Positions 7,684 to 14,794 of a stretch of DNA of 24,000 nt are shown here, piece after piece; the stretch's first letter is position 1; each line of letters begins with the position of its first letter. The notes below the pieces were generated by a model, which was given only the letters and a program-made list of their open reading frames with translations, was not told where the DNA came from and did no database searches. Location of the stretch: NCBI GenBank assembly GCA_013044025.1, contig JABEVD010000123.1, forward strand, positions 9,075-33,074, in the 5' to 3' direction. This DNA comes from Burkholderiales bacterium. Lineage in GTDB: Bacteria; Pseudomonadota; Gammaproteobacteria; Burkholderiales; JABEVD01. A program made the position numbers and the translations under genes.

Positions 7684-8453
7684 CAATTCAGGGTGATGGC
7701 GGCGAGCACGCCGTCCCAGAACAGGATCCTCTCTTCCAGGGCGAGATTCGCAGCCCTTTCCGCTTCCAGAATCCTTTGCTCGCTTCCTTCGCATAGCTCG
7801 TCGAGCAGCCGAAGCGAGATCGGCGCATGAAAATCCTCGTCCAGATGCACGTGGCGGTTGAGATAATGATGGAAAACCGGCGCTTCCCTTTCTCCCACGC
7901 CGATATGCTTCAGGATGGAGCGGAACATGCCCGGGATGACATGCTCCCTGCCCACTGCAAGGGCGGCTGCCACCACATGGGGCAGGCCGCTCTCCAGAAA
8001 GGAAAAAGTGGAGGAGACGAAACGCCTGGAAGGTTCCGGCACGCCTTTCATTTGCAGTGCATGCCCGATTCCGCGGGTGGATGCGATGCCGGCAAATTCG
8101 ATCACGGGTTCCGGATCCGCTCCGATTTCGCGCATCGCATGACAGTAGAGCTCGAAATGACTGGAATGGGTGGGGTTTCCGGATGCGTCAGGCAATCCGA
8201 GATCGGATTCCTCCTCGAGCACCAACTGGTTGATGAAATAGCGGGTTTCCGGTTTTCCTCGCGGCACCCACGGGTAGCTTGCCGGCGCGACCCTCTGTTG
8301 CAGGCATTTCACGACCGACATGAAGTCCCATACCGAATACACATGATGGCTCATGAAAACCCGGAGATCTGCGATGGTCCTCACGCTCTGGTAAACCGGA
8401 TGTTCATCCAGCCTGCTTCTCAGTCCTTCCACGGAACGGATGTCGAATCCCAT
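7683..8453 (-). CDS. DUF3050-type heme-oxygenase-like protein
   Basis: 256 aa. The segment HPVYQSVRTIADLRVFMSHHVYSVWDFMSVVKCLQ...YPWVP...RYFINQLVLEEESD matches my memory of the DUF3050 signature (HHV.AVWDFM..lK.LQ, PW.P, EE.D). AGGGAGGG RBS. Confidence 0.7.
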   Translation of the reverse strand: MGFDIRSVEGLRSRLDEHPVYQSVRTIADLRVFMSHHVYSVWDFMSVVKCLQQRVAPASYPWVPRGKPETRYFINQLVLEEESDLGLPDASGNPTHSSHFELYCHAMREIGADPEPVIEFAGIASTRGIGHALQMKGVPEPSRRFVSSTFSFLESGLPHVVAAALAVGREHVIPGMFRSILKHIGVGEREAPVFHHYLNRHVHLDEDFHAPISLRLLDELCEGSEQRILEAERAANLALEERILFWDGVLAAITLN

Positions 8454-8487
8454 AAGCCCTCCCTGACGATGATAAGATCGGCGCGGT

Positions 8488-8763
8488 TCAGCCCAGCCAC
8501 TTCCTCGCGTTGCGGAACATCCTCATCCAGGGGCCGTTTTCCCCCCAGCCTTTCGGATGCCAGGAGTGCTGCACCGTCCTGAAGATCCGCTCCGGATGGG
8601 GCATCATGATGGTGAAGCGACCGTCTTCCGTGGTGAGCCCGGTGATGCCGAGGGGGGATCCGTTGGGGTTTTCGGGATAGGTCGTGGCGATATTCCCCCG
8701 GTTGTCCACATAGCGCAGCGCGACATGGGCAGAATTCATGGCCGAATCGCTCGAAAATTCTGC
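8488..8763 (-). pseudogene. purL: C-terminal remainder of PurL glutaminase domain, in frame with and directly downstream of the internal TAA
   Basis: [91 protein letters not shown] is colinear with the E. coli PurL C-terminus (ALRYVDN...NPNGSP.GIT..T...[35 protein letters not shown]). The frame was hand-checked against 8764..12408. Confidence 0.85.
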
Positions 8764-11700
8764 TTATCCTTCCCCATGCGAGACCACGATCGGCATCCTG
8801 CTTCCCTGCATTCCGGAGAGCAGGATGGAAGGAGAATCCGTGACTTCCACCATGACGAAGCGGGCTTCGAACTGTTCGGAGCGGTTTCTCACGAAATGGG
8901 GCCAGTTGCCTGCGCCCGGAATGATTTCGTGCAGGTTGCTCATCATCTGGCATCCGTTGCAGACGCCGAGCGCGAATGCGTCCTCGCGCCGGAAGAAGGT
9001 GCCGAATTCCTCGCGCGCTCTCGGATTGTACAGGATCGACTTCGCCCAGCCTTCTCCCGCGCCCAGCACGTCTCCGTAGGAGAAACCTCCGCAGGCTGCC
9101 AGCCCGCTGAATTCGGAAAGTTTCCTCCTTCCGGAAAGGATGTCGCTCATGTGCACGTCGATTGCGGAAAATCCGGCCCGATCGAATGCTGCGGCCATCT
9201 CGACCTGGCCGTTCACGCCCTGTTCGCGCAGGATCGCGATTTTCGGCCTGGAGAGGTTGAGATAGGGGGCGGCGATGTCTTCGGCGATGTCGAAAGTGAG
9301 CGCGGCATGCAGCCCCGGGTCTTCCGAGTCGAGGATCCTGTCGTATTCCTGCCTCGCGCATTCGGGATTGTCGCGGAGTTGCTGCATCCGGAAAGTGGTT
9401 TCCGACCATGCCCGTTCGAGGTCGCTGCGGGATTCGTCGAAAAGCAACACTTCCCCCTTCATGATGCTCAACCGGTCTTCCCGGACAGGCTTGCCGATCA
9501 CGTGCACCATCCTGGAAAGCCCCGCTTCCTTGAACACGTCGAAGACCGCGACGAGTTCGCTGTCCGCGACCTGCAGCACTGCGCCCAGTTCCTCGTTGAA
9601 CAGCACTTCGAAGAGGCAGCGGCTCTTCGTGTCGCAATGCATTTCCATCGATTCGATTTTCGCTTCGAGGCAAAGCTTCTCGAGGTCGATCGATATTCCC
9701 ATCCTTCCCGAGAAGGCCATTTCGCAAAGGGTGACGAAAAGCCCGCCGTCGGAGCGGTCATGGTAGGCAAGGATCCTGGAATCTGCATTGAGCTTCTGGA
9801 TCGCAGCAAAAAATGCCTTGAGGCGCAGCGCATCGTCGAGATCCGGCGCCATGTTGCCGGTCTCGCCATAAACCTGGGCGAGGATCGATCCGCCCAGTCG
9901 CGCCTTTCCTGCGCCGAGATCGACGAGGAGCAGGGTGGTTTCGCCCATGTCGCGTTTCAGGTCCGGTGTGAGCGTCTTGTTGGCGTTGATGACGGGCGAG
10001 AATGCGGAAATGATGAGGGAAAGGGGGGCTGTGACTTCCTTGCGGACGCCGGAACCATCGGTCCAGGCGGTCTTCATCGACATCGAATCCTTGCCGACCG
10101 GGATGCTGATGCCAAGATGAGGACACAGATCCATGGCCACTGCATGCACGGTGTCGTAAAGCGCGGCATCCTCCCCGGGGTGGCCCGCTGCGGCCATCCA
10201 GTTCGCGGAAAGCTTGACCGTGGAGAGGTCGGAGATCCTTGCGGCGGCGAGATTGGTGATCGCTTCGCCGATCGCCATGCGGCCCGATGCGGCCGGATCG
10301 ATGAGCGCAAGCGGAGTTCTTTCTCCGATCGAGAAGGCTTCGCCGCGGGAGGATTCGAAATCGGCGAGGCTCACGGCGACATCCGCAACCGGGACCTGCC
10401 AGGGCCCCACCATCTGGTCGCGCGCGGTGAGCCCGCCCACCGTCCTGTCTCCGATGGAAATGAGGAAGGTCTTGTCTGCGACGGCAGTCGCCTTCAGCAC
10501 CCGGTATGCGGCTTGCGCGAGATCCAGGCGATCCGCTTCGAAAGCGCGCAGGTTGCGCTCCCTGTGGCCCACATTGCGGGTCATTTTCGGCGGTTTGCCG
10601 AGCAGCACGGAAAGCGGCATGTCGACCGGAAGATTGCCGAAAACGGCATCGCTGATCTCGAGCCTGTCTTCGGAAGTCGCGGTTCCTAGCACGGAATAAG
10701 GGCAACGCTCCCGCTCGCAGATCGCATCGAAGCGCTGCAGGTCTTCCGGCCTGATTGCGAGCACATAGCGTTCCTGGGCCTCGTTGCACCAGATCTGCAT
10801 CGGACTCATTCCCGGTTCTTCGCTCATGACGCGGCGCAGATCGATCCTCCCCCCCCGCTCCGAGCCGTGCACCAGTTCCGGAAGCGCATTGGAAAGTCCT
10901 CCCGCGCCCACGTCGTGGATGGAAAGGATGGGATTTTCCGTGCCGAGTTGCCAGCAGCGGTCGATGACTTCCTGCGCCCTGCGCTGCATTTCCGCATTGC
11001 CGCGCTGCACCGAATCGAAATCCAGGTTCTCCGCATTGGTGCCGGTATCCATGCTGGATGCGGCGCCACCTCCGAGTCCGATCAGCATGCCCGGGCCGCC
11101 GATCTGGATCAGGAGCGCGTCTTCCGGGATCTCCTGCTTGGCGGAATGGATGTCGGCAATGGAACCGACTCCGCCTGCCAGCATGATGGGTTTGTGATAG
11201 CCGCGCATTTCTCCGTCCACTTCTTCCTCGAAAGTGCGGAAATAGCCGCAGAGCGTGGGACGGCCGAATTCGTTGTTGAAGGCGGCTCCCCCTATCGGCC
11301 CTTCTAGCATGATCGAGAGGGCGGATGCGATCCTCCCGGGGCGGCCGTATCCTTTTCCTTCCCAGGGCTGGATGAAATCCGGGATTTCCAGGTTGGAAAC
11401 CGAAAAGCCGGAGAGGCCCGCTTTCGGCTTCGATCCGCATCCGGTCGCCCCTTCGTCGCGGATTTCCCCGCCCGCTCCGGTGGCGGCGCCGGGATAAGGG
11501 GAGATCGCGGTGGGATGATTGTGCGTCTCCACCTTCATCAGGGTGTGGGTCAGCATGCTGTGTCGCGCGTATTCCCCTTCTTCCGAAGGGAAAAAGCGCG
11601 AAGCCATCCCGCCTTCCATGATCGCGGAATTGTCGCTGTAGGCGAGCACGGTGTGCTGGGGATTCATCCTCTCGGTGTGGCGGATCATCGAGAACAGCGA

Positions 11701-12408
11701 ATGCGATGCATCCCTGCCGTCGATCACCCAGTCCGCGTTGAAGATCTTGTGGCGGCAATGTTCGGAATTGGCCTGGGCGAACATCATCAGTTCCACGTCG
11801 GTCGGATTCCTGCCGAGCCTGACGAAATTCTCGACCAGATAGTCGATTTCGTCGGTGGAAAGGGCGAGCCCCATGCCCACGTTGGCTTCTTCCAGCGCAG
11901 TGCGTCCTCCTCCCAGGAGATCGACCGAGGCAAGTGGCGCCGGATCGAAATGCCTGAAGAGCTGCCTTGCGTCTTCGAGCGAGAAGAAAACCGCTTCGGT
12001 CATCCTGTCGTGCAGGTGCGGCAGGACCGCAATGCTTTCCTCCCTGGAGAGGGGAGGATCGAAACGGTAGGCGATGCCGCGCTCGATGCGCTCGACGAAA
12101 TCGAGACTGCAATGTCTTGCGATGTCGGTCGCCTTGGTCGACCATGGGGAAATCGTGCCGATCCTTGGCAGCACCAGCAGCATTTCGCCTTCCCCCTCCT
12201 GTCTGGGGAGGGCCGGGCCGTATTCGAGCAGCCTGTCGAGGATTTTCGATTCGGCTTCGTCCGGCAATCTCGAAGCCTGCACGAAATGCCAGAATTCCGC
12301 GCGAATTTCGCGGATGTCTGGACGGATGGGCCGGACGGCTTCCATGAGCTTGTTCAGTCGAAAACCGGAGAGCGCGCTGCCGCCTTGCAGCTTGATGAAT
12401 TCTGACAT
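8764..12408 (-). CDS. purL: phosphoribosylformylglycinamidine synthase (large single-chain PurL), first 1214 codons ending at an internal in-frame TAA
   Basis: [21 protein letters not shown]... with FGAM synthetase motifs throughout ([33 protein letters not shown]). The glutaminase Cys is in GVCNGCQMM and the His/Glu in VVSHGEG, immediately before the TAA at 8764-8766. Confidence 0.92.
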   Translation of the reverse strand: MSEFIKLQGGSALSGFRLNKLMEAVRPIRPDIREIRAEFWHFVQASRLPDEAESKILDRLLEYGPALPRQEGEGEMLLVLPRIGTISPWSTKATDIARHCSLDFVERIERGIAYRFDPPLSREESIAVLPHLHDRMTEAVFFSLEDARQLFRHFDPAPLASVDLLGGGRTALEEANVGMGLALSTDEIDYLVENFVRLGRNPTDVELMMFAQANSEHCRHKIFNADWVIDGRDASHSLFSMIRHTERMNPQHTVLAYSDNSAIMEGGMASRFFPSEEGEYARHSMLTHTLMKVETHNHPTAISPYPGAATGAGGEIRDEGATGCGSKPKAGLSGFSVSNLEIPDFIQPWEGKGYGRPGRIASALSIMLEGPIGGAAFNNEFGRPTLCGYFRTFEEEVDGEMRGYHKPIMLAGGVGSIADIHSAKQEIPEDALLIQIGGPGMLIGLGGGAASSMDTGTNAENLDFDSVQRGNAEMQRRAQEVIDRCWQLGTENPILSIHDVGAGGLSNALPELVHGSERGGRIDLRRVMSEEPGMSPMQIWCNEAQERYVLAIRPEDLQRFDAICERERCPYSVLGTATSEDRLEISDAVFGNLPVDMPLSVLLGKPPKMTRNVGHRERNLRAFEADRLDLAQAAYRVLKATAVADKTFLISIGDRTVGGLTARDQMVGPWQVPVADVAVSLADFESSRGEAFSIGERTPLALIDPAASGRMAIGEAITNLAAARISDLSTVKLSANWMAAAGHPGEDAALYDTVHAVAMDLCPHLGISIPVGKDSMSMKTAWTDGSGVRKEVTAPLSLIISAFSPVINANKTLTPDLKRDMGETTLLLVDLGAGKARLGGSILAQVYGETGNMAPDLDDALRLKAFFAAIQKLNADSRILAYHDRSDGGLFVTLCEMAFSGRMGISIDLEKLCLEAKIESMEMHCDTKSRCLFEVLFNEELGAVLQVADSELVAVFDVFKEAGLSRMVHVIGKPVREDRLSIMKGEVLLFDESRSDLERAWSETTFRMQQLRDNPECARQEYDRILDSEDPGLHAALTFDIAEDIAAPYLNLSRPKIAILREQGVNGQVEMAAAFDRAGFSAIDVHMSDILSGRRKLSEFSGLAACGGFSYGDVLGAGEGWAKSILYNPRAREEFGTFFRREDAFALGVCNGCQMMSNLHEIIPGAGNWPHFVRNRSEQFEARFVMVEVTDSPSILLSGMQGSRMPIVVSHGEG

Positions 12409-12470
12409 GGGGTGATAACTGGGCGAATGGACTTGCGTGTATTATATCCCAACTTGGGTCCTCGATAAGG

Positions 12471-13958
12471 ATGCAGCTCATGAGATCGCTGAAGATGCCT
12501 CCCTTGCTGCTTGCGGAAGAAATCCGCAAGGTGGAGCGGACCTCGCAGGAAAACCTCATGGAAAGGGCGGGGCGCTCTGCCGCAACCCTCGTTCTGGAGC
12601 GGATTCCTTCCGGAAGGATCCTGGTGCTCGCCGGGCCCGGAAACAACGGCGGGGATGCATTTGTCGTCGCGCGTCACCTGAAATCCATGGGTTGCCGGAT
12701 CGATCTGGTGTTTGCTTCCGATCCTTCCCGATTGCCAGCCGATGCGAAAAGTGCGCACCTTGCCTGGATCGAATCGGGCGGGACCTGCCTTGCCTCGATT
12801 CCGCAGGGAAAATGGGATGCCGTCATCGACGGACTGTTCGGGATCGGTCTGAAAAGGGACGTCGAAGAGCCATATGCGGGATTCATCGCGGCCGTCAACG
12901 CGCAATCCCTTCCCGTCTTTGCGCTCGATGTGCCGAGCGGGATCTGTTCCGACACCGGGCGCATCCGCGGCATCGCGGTGCGGGCGAGCCACACCATCAC
13001 CTTCATCGCCTTCAAGCCCGGATTGCTCACTTCCGACGGAATCGACTGCTGCGGCACCCTTCATCTCGAAGACCTCGGGCTGACCAGCGTGGCCGAAGAA
13101 TTCGCGCAAGGCTTCCTGATCAGTCCGGAAGTCGTCGCCCAAAGTTTCCCGCTTCGCCCCAGAAACAGTCACAAGGGTTGTTTCGGCTCGGTCGCGGTCC
13201 TGGGCGGCGAAATGCCGGGGGCGGCCATCCTGGCTGCGAGGGCTGCATTGAAGCTTGGCGCCGGAAAGGTCTATCTGTGTTCGGCGGGATCGGATTGCAG
13301 CCAGCCTGAAATCATGGTGCGGGATGCTTTCGCAATCGCTTCCGGGGACAACGCGATCCTGGTCGTGGGACCCGGACTCGGAAAGTCGATTCAAGCGAGG
13401 GATCTCGTCGAAGTTGCGCTGCGCTCGGCTTCTCCTCTGGTGATCGACGCCGATGCGCTCAACCTGATTGCGGGCGAACCGGTCCTCCAGGAATTGCTCT
13501 GTTCCCGCCACGCTCCTTCCATTCTCACCCCCCATCCCCTGGAAGCCGCGCGCCTTTGCGCCTGTTCCACGCAGGAAATCCAGAAGGACAGGGTGGCTTC
13601 CGCGAGATTGATTTCGGAGCGTTTCGGCTGCCCGGTGATGCTGAAGGGGGCGGGGAGCGTGTGCGCTGTTCCTGGCGGCGCCTTCGCCATCAATGCTTCG
13701 GGAAACCCCGGGCTTGCCGCTGCCGGGATGGGGGATGTGCTCTCCGGCATGATCGGCGCTTATCTGGCGCAGGGGCTGGATGCCGAGCGCGCCCTGCTTT
13801 GCGCAGTCCATCTGCACGGGGAGGCGGCGGACAGTCTCGCGGAAAAGGGAATCGGGCCGGTCGGGCTGGTCGCATCCGAAATCATAGAAGAAGCGAGGTT
13901 TCTGCTCAATGCAAGACTTGCCAATCCCCGCAGATTCCGGGTTCCCGATGGCGCCTGA
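12471..13958 (+). CDS. nnr: bifunctional NAD(P)H-hydrate repair enzyme (epimerase + ADP-dependent dehydratase, YjeF/Nnr)
   Basis: N-terminal YjeF_N motifs (LVLAGPGNNGGDAFVVARHL, DGLFGIGL, ALDVPSG). C-terminal carbohydrate-kinase motifs (HKG.FG.V.VLGG, VVGPGLG, VIDADALN, TPHP.EAARL, LKGAGS, G.AGMGDVLSG). The start may instead be ATG 12480 (AAGGA 8 nt upstream) or 12495. Confidence 0.9.
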   Translation: MQLMRSLKMPPLLLAEEIRKVERTSQENLMERAGRSAATLVLERIPSGRILVLAGPGNNGGDAFVVARHLKSMGCRIDLVFASDPSRLPADAKSAHLAWIESGGTCLASIPQGKWDAVIDGLFGIGLKRDVEEPYAGFIAAVNAQSLPVFALDVPSGICSDTGRIRGIAVRASHTITFIAFKPGLLTSDGIDCCGTLHLEDLGLTSVAEEFAQGFLISPEVVAQSFPLRPRNSHKGCFGSVAVLGGEMPGAAILAARAALKLGAGKVYLCSAGSDCSQPEIMVRDAFAIASGDNAILVVGPGLGKSIQARDLVEVALRSASPLVIDADALNLIAGEPVLQELLCSRHAPSILTPHPLEAARLCACSTQEIQKDRVASARLISERFGCPVMLKGAGSVCAVPGGAFAINASGNPGLAAAGMGDVLSGMIGAYLAQGLDAERALLCAVHLHGEAADSLAEKGIGPVGLVASEIIEEARFLLNARLANPRRFRVPDGA

Positions 13959-13998
13959 AGCAGACACGGTTCGACTTTCTTGCAAAGTCAATGGCAGT

Positions 13999-14004
13999 TA
14001 TAAT
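13999..14004 (+). promoter_or_regulatory. perfect -10 hexamer TATAAT, 30 nt upstream of mlaA; no convincing -35
   Basis: Read directly in the 76-nt nnr/mlaA gap. TTGCAA sits only 13 bp upstream, which is non-optimal spacing. Confidence 0.3.
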
Positions 14005-14034
14005 GTCGCCAAATCAGCCATTCGTAGAAGATCA

Positions 14035-14745
14035 ATGAAAAGAATCGCCCTGTTCTGCCTTGTCCTTTTTCTCGCAGGCTGCGCCACGGCGCACGACAGA
14101 AAGGATCCTTTCGAGCCGGTCAACCGGGCCATGTACAAGTTCAACGATTCGGTCGACAAGGCGGTGATGAAGCCGGTCGCCAAGGGATACGAGAAGGTCA
14201 CGCCGCGGTTCATGCAGCTCATGGTGAGCAATTTCTTCTCCAATCTCAACGATGTGGTGGTCACGCTGAACGACATCCTGCAGCTCAAGGGCAAGCAGGC
14301 CTTTTCCGATTTCGGTCGCGTTTTCATCAATACCACCCTGGGTTTCGCAGGACTGGTCGACGTGGCGGGCGCATCGGGTTATCCCAAGCATGACGAGGAT
14401 TTCGGCCAGACGCTCGGATACTGGGGCGTCCAGGCGGGGCCCTATCTCATGATTCCCTTCCTGGGACCCAGCAGTTTCCGCGACGGAATCGGCTCGCTCA
14501 CCGATGCGCAATTCTATCCGGTCTACAGGACCACCGACGTTGCGATGAGAAATAGCCTCATCGCCGCCAATGCGGTCGAGAAGCGTGCGGACCTGCTCGG
14601 CAGCGAGAGCATCCTGCAGCAGGCTGCGCTTGATCCCTATGTTTTCCTGAGGGAGGCCTATCTGCAGCATCGGATCAGCCTCATTTACGACGGCAACCCT
14701 CCACTGGAAGACGACGACGAGGACTACAGTCCGGTTCAGAAATGA
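14035..14745 (+). CDS. mlaA: outer-membrane lipoprotein MlaA/VacJ (phospholipid asymmetry maintenance)
   Basis: Lipobox MKRIALFCLVLFLAGC. The MlaA core is DPFEPVNRAMYKFNDSVDKAVMKPVAKGY...NFFSNL.....LND.LQ.K......D..R...N.T.G..G..DVA...G....EDFGQTLG.WG...GPYLMIPFLGPSS.RD. The track's 13909 start adds a non-lipoprotein extension into the intergenic gap. Confidence 0.9.
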   Translation: MKRIALFCLVLFLAGCATAHDRKDPFEPVNRAMYKFNDSVDKAVMKPVAKGYEKVTPRFMQLMVSNFFSNLNDVVVTLNDILQLKGKQAFSDFGRVFINTTLGFAGLVDVAGASGYPKHDEDFGQTLGYWGVQAGPYLMIPFLGPSSFRDGIGSLTDAQFYPVYRTTDVAMRNSLIAANAVEKRADLLGSESILQQAALDPYVFLREAYLQHRISLIYDGNPPLEDDDEDYSPVQK

Positions 14746-14759
14746 TCGATGAAGCGGTG

Positions 14760-14775
14760 TGCGGAATGGATTCCG
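14760..14775. promoter_or_regulatory. 16-bp palindrome GCGGAAT-GG-ATTCCGC in the mlaA/ATPase gap (possible operator)
   Basis: Perfect 7-bp arms read directly, ending 19 nt upstream of ATG 14795. The 2-nt spacer argues for a protein site rather than an RNA hairpin. Confidence 0.25.
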
Positions 14776-14794
14776 CAATGGAACCGGGGGAAAG

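Noticed and set aside
7498-7830. 110-aa ORF from the track covering the intergenic region.
   Set aside because: It reads straight through the bidirectional terminator hairpin and into the antisense of the DUF3050-like gene. Its ATG candidates lack correct Shine-Dalgarno spacing. The AGGAGG serves the +1-shifted 30-codon ORF instead.
8488-8739. 83-aa ORF as an independent gene.
   Set aside because: It is the in-frame continuation of purL (conserved PurL C-terminus) with no RBS of its own. I treat it as part of an interrupted purL.
12409-12470. Possible purine-responsive element (PurR box or riboswitch) in the purL/nnr divergent gap.
   Set aside because: The gap is only 62 nt, too short for a riboswitch plus promoters. 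I see no PurR-like palindrome or recognised RNA motif.
9758-12646. 962-aa ORF on the purL strand in another frame. Related long shadow ORFs are 8420..9727 (-), 8557..10689 (+, 710 aa) and 11515..12405 (+).
   Set aside because: The translations are Arg/Gly/Pro/Ala-rich and low in complexity, with no recognisable motifs. They lie wholly inside the confidently identified purL frame. ORF 9758..12646 also runs through the purL start and the divergent promoter gap. This is typical stop-poor alternate-frame behaviour in GC-biased coding DNA. A codon-periodicity or conservation (dN/dS) test on the alternate frame would be decisive.
12354-13991. 545-aa minus-strand ORF antisense to nnr.
   Set aside because: It is Arg/Pro/Gly-rich, spans both flanking intergenic regions, and nnr on the opposite strand carries full family motifs.
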